A DNA stretch of 57,447 nucleotides, filler included, from Catajapyx aquilonaris (taxonomy: Eukaryota), in NCBI GenBank assembly GCA_000934665.2. It is 4 parts of 4 records of this genome, joined end to end, with 100 filler letters (N's around TTAATTAATTAA, not from the genome) between each part and the next. Parts side by side here need not be neighbours in the genome. Positions count along the whole stretch, not along the records: positions 28,798 to 43,077 come from KZ539742.1; positions 43,178 to 57,447 come from KZ539743.1; 2 more parts are not named here. One strand, written 5' to 3'. Both the position numbers and the translations under genes were made by a program. Shown piece by piece: positions 36,736 to 46,390 of this stretch. The first letter of the stretch is position 1; every line of letters begins with the position of its first letter. Under the pieces are notes generated by a model. It ran no database searches, was not told the origin of the DNA, and worked only from the letters and a program-made list of their open reading frames with translations.

Positions 36736-37499
36736 CTGTAAATTGTTTGCAGCAACAGTAGTCAACTGCATGTTGTTTAGGAGGGCTTACAGTATGAATG
36801 TCCCATCAATTGCTACCAGATATTGGGGGAAGCCCATTATCTCAAATCCTTGAATTATACCTCGTGTCTAATCATCACTGTGAATGCTAGCTTAACCACC
36901 TGGGACTGCCTGAGATGCAAAAGTTAATCAAAATATGGCCAACAGTTGACTTTCCTATAAGCTAAAAACATTTCCAATTGTCCATAGGCTAAGCTCATAC
37001 AAGGAGGAAGGAGCACAAGGAGTACAAAACCAATAGCCACCTTTTTTTTTGCAGTGGGATGGCCTTACCTAAACGTTGTGTCTACTATTGGTGGAGTAGG
37101 GCGCAAGGGACTGATACAAATAGTCGTGGTTAAAAAATAATAATCTGACGATTTTGAACCATTTATCTTCAGGTCTCACGTGTAGCCTACCATGTTGTTC
37201 CACCACTTTCCTGATTTTCGCCAAAGCCTACACCAATGTATGTAAAAGATCTGACAGGCTTTCCTGTGATAATTATATCTATTATTTCATGCTTGTAAGT
37301 TGCCACAGACCTTTATACAAGTAGCTGCAAACACAAGTTACACTGCTAGTAATTCAGCAAAGCTGCATAAATTATGTGATTCCAGCCTACTAATAAAAAC
37401 ATTCACACAAGTCAGGATGGTACATTACCTTTTCATACCAAGAGATATCTCACAGCAATTATATTATTCCCTTCTTTTATTCAGCCAAACTTCATGGAA

Positions 37500-38107
37500 C
37501 TAAACAATTTTGTCCAACTCTTTCGCATACTCAATGGTGTGAGCAACAATCTCATAATTGGGAAAATCACCATCTGTGTTACTCTCCTCCTCTTTGAAAT
37601 GGTAACACCCATCAAATGCCAGGACCCATCCACGCTTTGAACCAAAAACCCTGGCCTCATCTATGTCAGTCTGAAGCATCTTCGCCACCTCGCAGAGACT
37701 AAGTTGGTCATAAGCTTTTTCCATACACGAGCAAATCTCCTCACGAACCGTATGCACCAAGACCTCCATGAAGAAGTTGAATGAAGTAGCAGGCACATTT
37801 CCTTTGGCCACAAAAATTTTGTTGTAGCTGCCCTCAGTCATGTGCTGCTCGAGAGAAACTGGGTGGGAAATGTACACCCGGGAAAGGGCTTCTGGTGGAA
37901 GAAGTTCCAACTCGGTGTGGAATGTAGCTATACGGTTCTGGCTCAGAAGGTAGAGGAGATTGAGCCCCAGGAGCTCATACTTCCTCGAGGAGTCCCCAAG
38001 ATCTTCGTAGTCCAAGTAATATGGCTTCAGCTGGGCCATATACCGCTCGAAAGAGGGGGTGTCCTTCATTGCTACACTCCAGGTAGCTCCAACTTCCAGC
38101 ATGTTTC
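37500..38107 (-). CDS. PSMD8: 26S proteasome lid subunit Rpn12, exon 3
   Basis: cttccag|GA AAC ATG; LEVGATWS..DTPSFERYMAQLKPYYLDY..LLGLNLLYLLSQNR..FHTELE..EGSYNK..IEYAKELDKIV*. Confidence 0.93.
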
Positions 38108-38397
38108 CTGGAAGGGGGATTATGCACAGGTAATATATTAGAATATAGCTCAAAATTTACTCAGAGCACTATATCCAGAGCCAAATCATAACAATTTGCC
38201 CTGTGCATTAGCACACACACTACATCAGAAAAGAGTGAATGACCAGAGTTTCATGATTTTCCTTTTTTTTTCCTATAGGGTTCTGCAGAACAAGTGCCAT
38301 AACCCATCCCGCAAGTCCTGACCTTCATTCTGACTATGGTATGCAATGTGTTTATGGAACTTGGTGCTGTTGATTCCCAAAACTGAAACAAGCATTT

Positions 38398-38743
38398 TCA
38401 TTCTTTTTTTATTAACCCCGTGATGTCCCATTATGGGAGATATAGGGGGGTGGCACACAACCATCAGTTTTCTACATATTTTCAACTTCATTCTCCGGTG
38501 CAAGGAAACAGGGACATTGGGAAAGGATAGGGATTTTTTGGGGAGGGAACGTGGGTGCAAGTGCAATGTCGGTAAAGGGGTCATGTGCTGTTCCCCAGGA
38601 GGTTAGGTTGCCAGACACCTCCTTGGTGCAGGTCAGAGGCCCTCCTGACTCAGGTGAAAGGAAGTTCCCCAGGCGGGGATCGAACCTGGGGCCTTTCACT
38701 CAGCAAGCCGAGACGTTACCATCTTGGCCATCTACACCTCCCC
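38398..38743 (-). mobile_element. tRNA-derived SINE, head type C, in Rpn12 intron 2
   Basis: Head and body near-identical to 13399-13751 but with a different tail; TSD gaaac(a/c)agcattt at 38385-38397 and 38744-38756. Confidence 0.88.
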
Positions 38744-38918
38744 GAAACCAGCATTTGAGAAAACTGTTCTGGGCCCAGAAATGGCCGGGTGGCTTGCATA
38801 AATTTGTTAAAATTCCGGGAATAAGGGCAACATCTTACATTAAATGAAAGAATAACAACATTCAAATATGCCGGAATGGGTGTTAGTAAAAATCTCAAAT
38901 GATAATATCACTGTAGCC

Positions 38919-39165
38919 CAGTGGTTTCCAACCGCGGGGTCGCGCGCATGGTCGCGGGGTGTCACGAGCCTTGGTTCAAATTTATTCTATTTGCAATTTC
39001 TGTGTCAAGTGAACCATTTTTGCGGCCGTACAGAGTGTATGTTTTCTGGAAAGGGGGCAGTTGTAGGAGGGGCTGGGGGAGGGCAGGAAGGGGGAGGGGG
39101 AGTGGTGTCACATTTATGGAAACATGTTTAGGGGGTCGTAGTTGGTAAAAGGTTGGAAACCACTG
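38919..39165. mobile_element. hAT-type MITE in Rpn12 intron 2
   Basis: cagtggtttccaacc / ggttggaaaccactg; perfect 8-bp TSD ctgtagcc. Confidence 0.9.
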
Positions 39166-40118
39166 CTGTAGCCAGTAAGATCAATTGCAATTTGAAAGAA
39201 GGCGAAACTGTATAATTATTTTCTGACATGCATACACAGAGTGGTCCAACAAGGGCTATTGCTTGCAAAAAAATATATATATATATATATATAAAATGTA
39301 CTTTTTAGCTGGTTTTCAGTAACCAATGTTCCTTATTGTTAGACCACCTTGTATACCAAGTAGTAATGAAGGACTATGAACTTTATTCTCATGATTGTAC
39401 GGGGAGTAAGGGGATGGAGGTGGCTAAGATTTATAATAGGGTTGTCAGATATGCTACCTGAATAGTGTAAACCCAGGTGGTGTGACAGAGGTACAGATAT
39501 TTGGAATACTACTTGTGCAGTCCTTAATCTTTCCCCAACCATCTTCATGGCAAAGGAAAGGGAACAACTTGCTACTCACATCTGGTAACTCCTGCAAAAC
39601 AGTCCTGAAACCCCTCATCATTTCTGGTTGTATGCCTGGTATTCACGTGTAACAGATTACCAAGAATTACCAAAGCTGTGTATTACTATTTGAGAAAAGA
39701 GAGCAGTGCAGTTTAGCATAGTGATCCAGGCAAGGGCCTCTATCAGATATACTTTGTCAAGCACTCCCCGGATTCTTTTTAAAATTTAATAATACATGCA
39801 ACTTGTGCAGAATATCTGGAAAAGAATGGCAGTTCATCAATCAGAGGTCATTGGGCTGCCTTCATGCAGTGGTCACCGGGCCATATATGTAACTGCCCAA
39901 ATTACACTTGCCCAGTGTCTGACTAGGCAGGATACTTGATGCATGACACAATGTCAATATACTTGATCTCTACTAGTATTTTTCCCGAATAAAATCAGCG
40001 AATTCTTCGATAATTCTTGGTAAGTACCATAAATATGCAAAATTACCAAAATTCCTTCTGATCCCCTAATTCATGACTCCATGGTTCTGACCAGCGAAAG
40101 TAACAGAAGTTAGCTTAC

Positions 40119-40191
40119 TTGCTACAGTCAGCTCCTTCTTGGTGGCATCTGACTCACGGAGTGGCAGAAAATTCAACTTGACGAGCAGGAG
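40119..40191 (-). CDS. PSMD8: Rpn12 exon 2
   Basis: ttggcag|LLLVKLNFLPLRESDATKKELTVA|gtaagc; phase 1 joins exon 3 to give ARNMLEVG. Confidence 0.9.
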
Positions 40192-40266
40192 CTGCCAACA
40201 TAAAATAATTGAGCAACAGTGAGCAAGTATAACCCAATGCGAGTCGTACGTAATTGTTATACATAC

Positions 40267-40443
40267 CTTCAACTTGCGCAGAAGTACACCGCATTCCTTC
40301 AGCTCGGCTTCGCTGTGGGTCTTCTTGTCTCACCAAATTTTGTTTAATTCTTGCGTCAACACGATGGCCTCTTCCAGCACCGGGTCGGAGGTCCCATCTC
40401 CTGCCATCTGATTAGCCGTTCCAGGCTTCCTCTCAGAAGCCAT
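40267..40443 (-). CDS. PSMD8: Rpn12 exon 1, containing an in-frame TGA (40330-40332)
   Basis: MASERKPG..VLEEAIVLTQELNKIW*DKKTHSEAELKECGVLLRKLK|gtatgt, matching the Rpn12 N-terminal L..EW..L.KCG..L..LK pattern on both sides of the stop. Confidence 0.8.
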
Positions 40444-40535
40444 CTCTCCTCTTAGGTCTTAGCTATCCGTACAGTCCTTTGTAAGTTTGCTTGCTGCAAA
40501 CAGTTTGCAGTTTCGATGGACGAGTTTGTCTTCTG

Positions 40536-40972
40536 GAGTTCGGAACGCTCCTCTTTCCAATCCCACAGCTTCTCCTTGTGGTCGCTACGGCGTCGGTGGC
40601 GCTTTTACCGTCCCAGGAGCGTGATTGGCGCTTTTACGTTTTACCGTCTCTCATCACTCTTTTCCTCTCTTTTCACTCCTTGTCGATCATCCACTCTGAT
40701 GACCGTTACGCTGATTGGCTGGTTTATATTTTGCTTCCAATGGAAAAGAGACTCTAAGCAAAATATAAACCAGCCAATCAGCAACCAGCATAACGGTCAT
40801 CAGATGGATGATCGACAAGGAGTGAAAAGAGAGGAAAAGAGTGATGAGAGACAGTAAAAGCGCCAATCACGCCCCTGGGACGGTAAAAGCGCCACCGACG
40901 CCGTAGCGACCACAAGGAGAAGCTGTTGGGTTGCAAAAAGTAGGAGTCGACGCGACGCAACGTTCAGAACTG
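40536..40972. mobile_element. Foldback element with ~180-bp arms upstream of Rpn12
   Basis: acagcttctccttgtggtcgctacggcgtcgg...tggctggtttatattttgctt pairs with aagcaaaatataaaccagcca...ccgacgccgtagcgaccacaaggagaagctgt; ~18-nt loop. Confidence 0.85.
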
Positions 40973-41811
40973 CATAAAGACCACGGACTGGAAGAAAGAT
41001 ATAACCTGTGACCTCAAAAATGGACGAAATTGTGTTAAAAATATTTAAAAGATATTAGCAAGCAGCACGGGTTAGGTGGGCGCATACGGTACCGTATTGC
41101 TAATGTTTCTTTGGGTGCAAGTCGCGTTGGGCAAATTTAACAAATTGCTCCACTTAACGTTAACGAATAAGGTGGGCTTAGTACAGAGAGAATCTGCGGC
41201 TCTCAACAAGGAAGATTTTTGGAGGAAATAAATGCTACATAATAGTGTGAATGAAAAAGTGAAACTTAGAACTGTAAAAGATGACAATCAATTGAGATAC
41301 AGAGGTCAATAATATATCGTCAAACGGGGTGAACCAGGGGTGAACTTTGTCCAAAATATCCGTTTTACGAAGATATAAATGTGAAGATATTACCCTACAA
41401 CTGTGAAATTTAGGAATGGGTTAATCTGGCAATTGCCATCCACATGGTACAACTTGGCCACTCCTTCTAATACGTGCTACCCATAGGGGAGAGACCAAAC
41501 CTTACCAGAAGCATAGAATCTTTGAAATGTGAACTTGGCCACTCGAAGGCAACGCAGGGGTTAACTTGGCCGCCTGCCGGTTCTGAAACCCATGAAATGG
41601 TGAATTTGATGGTAGATAAGTGGTTCTGGATGTCACGCTCACGTGTTATATTTTTCTTCTGCATGAACATTTTTTAACCATGCATATTAATTCACTTGCG
41701 GTACTTACATTTGGTTCTACCCACCCTGCAGGACTGCAAGAAACATGACCCGATAATCTGTGTTATTGTCCCGAATCATGACATGGGTATTGATGGGACT
41801 CATCATATCAT

Positions 41812-42042
41812 TGGGGGAAGAACGATTAAGGTCCACCTTTTGTCAAAAATGAGTTGCATATCTCAGAAGATAGTTGCACTAGTGTAGAATATATGATGGG
41901 TTGGTCGTGGTTGTCGAGTTATTATCATAGTTCACTATGGAAGGCCCCAAAAATGGGATTTACAACATAACCTTACGGCCCTTCGTTTGAAATCTCATTT
42001 TCACATGCGGTGGACCTTGATTGTTCTTCTCCCGAGGTCTTC
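41812..42042. mobile_element. Short relative of the 5084-7290 TIR element
   Basis: gaagaacgattaaggtccac ... gtggaccttgattgttcttctcccgaggtcttc, plus shared internal catagt.cactatggaagg. Confidence 0.65.
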
Positions 42043-42387
42043 ATATACACTGTACTCCCGATTATCCGGGTCCGTCGCCAAAAAATAACATTTAAAATTA
42101 ACGTCCGAAAAAATTCGTCGAATTTTTCGTCCCACTGCTAGATACTGCTAACTTCGCATTATCAGTTCCAACACTGGTATACTACTGCTAAGTTAGCAGT
42201 AACTATCAGTGGGACGAAATTTCCACCCACCGTCAATATGTCTCGCCAACGAAGAAATATAACACTTGCTAGAAGACAAAGTAAAAATCTATGGTAAGTT
42301 TTATTCAAGGTTTTATTATTTTGACTGTATTTTGATAGTTGCATCTTATTTCCGAAAATTAACGTTTAATGATATTGACGAGGTCTA

Positions 42388-42860
42388 GGGTAGTGAAGTG
42401 GCGCTGCGGTAACGTATGCGCCCACGGATGTTAAGGTCCCGGGTTCAATCCCAGCCCGGGGTTCCCCCCTTCATCTCACGCAGAGTTGGGTCTCGGGTGG
42501 AATTTCCTTAGACTAATCCACCCGGGGGTGTTCACAAAATGGCATTAGCAACGACATTGTACAGCACTTTTTTAAAAAAAAATAATTCTTGGGTAGTGCC
42601 TGACCCTATATAGGGTATGCGGCACGGACCTTTATTGTAACTTATACATAGACCATATTTTTGAAACGCCCGGGCCCACGGGCAGGATGACAGGAGGGGA
42701 TGTGCAAGGTGCAGTGTAATGTCTTAAACGTGGCCATTTTTAGTGAACTCCCCCGGGTGGTTTAGTCTGTTGGAAATACCACCCGAGACGAAGCCAGAGG
42801 TGACCCTGAACTCTGTACGAGATGAAGGGGGGTCCCCGGGCTGGGATCGAACCCGGGACC
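42388..42860. mobile_element. Two type-B SINEs tail to tail (+ 42388-~42570; - ~42580-42860)
   Basis: Head gaagtggcgctgcggtaacgtatgcgcccacggatgttaaggtcccgggttcaatccc; the minus copy is cut at its own ttaa by a TTAA transposon. Confidence 0.8.
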
Positions 42861-42864
42861 TTAA

Positions 42865-43077
42865 AGGGACACTCCACTCAAAATACAAGTTGGGTTCTAA
42901 AAATCGGGCAAAAAATCCTGATTCCGAGGGTATAAGCAGTTTTTCTTAGAGACGAACGGTAAGGCCAGTGTGAAAGCTGGAAGTGTGTCGTTCGAAAACC
43001 GCGCGCGGGGCGGTGAGCGCAGGTGGCGACGCCACCAGAGTGGAACCGGGACGAACTAGACCAGGCACTCCATGGGC
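42865..43077. mobile_element. Kolobok-like MITE (same family as 10258-10679), truncated at the scaffold end
   Basis: Reverse-complement match to ~10470-10679. Confidence 0.85.
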
Positions 43078-43177
43078 NNNNNNNNNNNNNNNNNNNNNNN
43101 NNNNNNNNNNNNNNNNNNNNNTTAATTAATTAANNNNNNNNNNNNNNNNNNNNNNNNNNNNNNNNNNNNNNNNNNNN
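43078..43177. other. Artificial scaffold spacer
   Basis: N44-TTAATTAATTAA-N44. Confidence 0.97.
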
Positions 43178-43675
43178 ATATCTAAGATGCTTTCCAGGAA
43201 AGTTTTTATTCCCCATAAGCCTCAATGTTAATTGGAAACTTCCGAGTCACCCTGTGAGCTAATTTGCATGGGAAATGGTAGTTTTTTTGGTGCCATTGCA
43301 TTGGGAAGAAGACCTCTTAAACTATGACGTGTGTAACTTTCATGGAGTTGTTAGATAGTGATCTGTATAAGTTCATATCCACCTTAACGTTCTTGGCAAG
43401 GTAAATACAAATTCGGTAAATTACAACACAAAAATAAAGGAGGGGGAGAGATCCCAAAACGTAAATGCTGTGGAAGCGAAAATAATTCAAATCCCAAAAC
43501 GTACTAATCTCCCCAACTTGTTAGTGATAGAGCCAACGTTCACAAAAAACTGCCTGCACATGCTGGGGCACCAGAAAATAATTATATACTCGCAAAAGAG
43601 TCAAAAGACGTCCTACAAAAATGTAATATAGGGCTACACATTTACAAAAATACATATAGCCTACAATACCGTATA

Positions 43676-44069
43676 CAGGGTGTTTCAGAGCTATCTTTAG
43701 AAACGTCTAGGGGTAATAGAGGGGACCAAGACAAACACATTTCACATAGGAACCCATGTCCGGAAACGCCATCTAGAGGGGGTTCATAGACGAGGAACGG
43801 GTGCGCTCAGACGCTAGCCGAGCGGACTGTTTTGTTGACATATGGCGCGCAGTTGTTGCCAGGTTATGGCGTATCGTGTCGTTGTAAGCAAACAATGACG
43901 CGATACGCCATAACCTGGTAACAACAGAACCATTGTTTACTCTCCGCGCGTCTCCTAGGAGGCGTACTTTAGTTGTTAGATGGCTCTGTTGTTGCCAGGT
44001 TATGGCGCCTCGCATTGGTGTTTACTATCTGAGCTCCACCAATCAACAAAACAGTCCGCTCGCCTAGCG
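43676..44069. mobile_element. Truncated Tc1/mariner MITE (family of 45515-46042)
   Basis: ta|cagggtgtttc...ctaggggtaatagaggggaccaagacaaac; most of the right arm is missing. Confidence 0.8.
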
Positions 44070-45176
44070 AAGAAGGATCTTATTAGTTTACTCCAAGGGT
44101 AGGTGGGAGGAGATGTGCAAGTGATGCACGTGCAATGTCTCAAACGGTCATTTTGTGAACTCCCCCGGGTGGCTTAGTCTATCGGAAAATTGCCACCCGA
44201 AATGAAGCCAGAGATGGCCCAACTCTGCACGGATAAAGGTGGGAACCCCGGGTGGATATTGAACCCGGGACCTTCATATCCGTGGGTGCACGCGTTACCG
44301 CGACGCCACTTCATCTCCCCGTGTAGTGTGTAAAAGGGGAATTAAATGTATCGTATACCTTCACAACTGACAATAAATTGGGTTTTTAATATTATTTTCA
44401 AACGTATGGGTATGTTGAATTAATTTCTATAGTCATATGAAATTTGTAATCTTCTGCCTAACACCTGGGTCCATGAGGGAAGGGGAATGGTGGGAGGGAA
44501 GGTGCCGGTACAACTCTACAAGTGCAATGGCAACACTGGTCTTTTAGTGCATTCCCCAGATATAGTTAGCCTACGAGAAACTTCACCCAAAACAAAGTCA
44601 GATATAGACCAGTCGAGAAATGAAACCCCAGGCTTGGGATAAAAAATTACATTAGGTTGTGTCGGGGACACAAGCCGCAGCATTTGCGGGCTGAACCTGC
44701 ATTATGTTTCACTTTTCTCCACTATAATGGCGGGGGCATTCAGGCAAACTCGAGCGTTACAGAAAAGCGTCGGTTATAGCAGACTCCGTTATAATAGACT
44801 AACGTTTTTCTCGCTCGAGTTTGCCTGCATGCCCTGCCATGGGCCCCCTGGCAGGGCCCTGCTGTAACACTTTTCTGTAACGCTCGAGTTTGCCTGCATG
44901 CCCCTGCCATGGGTCCCCTGGCGGGGCCCTGCTGTAACGCTTTCCTGTAACGCTTTTCTGTAACGTTCGAGTTTCCCTGCATGCCGCCTGATCCGATTTT
45001 TAAAGACGTATCCACGTCAAAACCTATAGCATCTTTCTACCTGTGGTCACGAGCATTACCAACTGCGCCACTCCACATCTCCTTTTAGGTTAATAAATTA
45101 TAGCCTACAGTGAAACCAGGCTAAAATGGAAAATGGATGCCCATTACATGTATGTGTGGTACTGACAGGTGATTTA

Positions 45177-45480
45177 ACCGAAGCAGTGGTAGCGGAGGGG
45201 ATATGGTATCCGACTGCTAATCGGGAGGTCCTGGGTTCAAATCCCGGGGGCCGCCGACCCTGACCGGGGTTTTCTGTGGTTTCCCATGGTCTCACCAGGA
45301 AAATTCCGGGGTCGTGTCCGTAACTATAGGCCACAGCCGCTTCCTTCCAGCCCTATCCCAGCCCCATATAAGAGAAGTGAAAACAAAAGTAAGAGTTCCA
45401 GATATAAAAAATATGGTGGTATCCCACCCCCCTAATAGGGCCCATGGCTCTAGCACGGGATACAAATTATTATTTATTTA
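45177..45480 (+). mobile_element. Type-A SINE, short variant (duplicate at 51792-52082)
   Basis: tRNA-like head with B box ggttcaaatccc; TSD gacaggtgattt. Confidence 0.88.
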
Positions 45481-45514
45481 CCGACAGGTGATTTTGAATG
45501 CATTTTTAAATATA

Positions 45515-46042
45515 CAGGGTGTTTCCAAGCTAACTTTACAAACTTCTAGGGGTAATAGAGGGGACCAAGACAAACATATTTCACATAGGAACCCGTGTCC
45601 GGAAACGCCATCTAGAGAGGGTTCATAGACAAGGAATGGGTGCGCTCAGACGCGTCAGGCGGGCGGCATTAGTGAGCGGACTGTTTAGTTGCTAGGTGGC
45701 GCGCGGATTGTACAAAACTCAGCAATTCGCCATAACTTGGCAACAACAGAGTTGTTGTTTATTATCTGCACGCTACCTAGCACGCTGACTTTAGTTGTTA
45801 GGTGGCTCTGTTGTTGCCAGGTTATTGCGAATTGCAATCCGCGCGCCACCTAGCAACTAAACCTAGCAACTAGCGGTCCGACCGCTAACGCCCCCCGCCT
45901 GACGTGTCTGAGCGCACCCGTTTCTCGTCTATGAACCCCCTCTAGATGGCGTTTCCGGACACAGGTTCCTATGTGAAATATGTTTGTCTTGGTCCCCTCT
46001 ATTACCCCTAGAAGTTTATAAAGTTAGCTCGGAAACACCCTG
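45515..46042. mobile_element. Tc1/mariner MITE (duplicate at 52118-52661)
   Basis: ta|cagggtgtttccaagctaacttt ... aaagttagctcggaaacaccctg|ta; ~150-bp arms. Confidence 0.9.
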
Positions 46043-46254
46043 TATACCTGTTCAGTGTGGAAAGTGTCTATGGAATGAAGTGACTCATTGCATGCTGGTT
46101 TCACATTTCACTGTATAATAACAGTACGTACAGCGTTACAGGACATTCGAATGACTAATATTTTGTTCTTAAGGATGCCAGCAACCAGTGCAGAGATGAG
46201 TCTTGCCTCAGGAACGTCCACAGACGGAAGGCCCCCATCAAGAATGTCCTTCGT

Positions 46255-46370
46255 AACACTGTTATCGGCAGGACTGTCATCGCCTGGACTGTCATCGGCA
46301 GGACTGTTATCGCCAGGACTGTCATCGGCAGGACTGTTATCGCCAGGACTGTCATCGCCAGGACTGTCCT
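46255..46370. repeat. 15-bp minisatellite (ggactgtcatcgcca)n; paralogue at 52875-53011
   Basis: Tandem units read directly. Confidence 0.9.
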
Positions 46371-46390
46371 TGGACGGAAGGTCCTCAGGA

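Larger units (their letters stand above)
44070..46390. repeat. ~2.3-kb direct repeat, copy A
   Basis: Colinear and highly similar to 50748-53011 from aagaaggatcttattagtttactcc through the 15-bp minisatellite. Confidence 0.93.

Noticed and set aside
37380..37499. SECIS element for the Rpn12 TGA
   Set aside because: ATGA followed by AA is present, but no complementary stem is visible; the AATAAA reads better as a polyadenylation signal.
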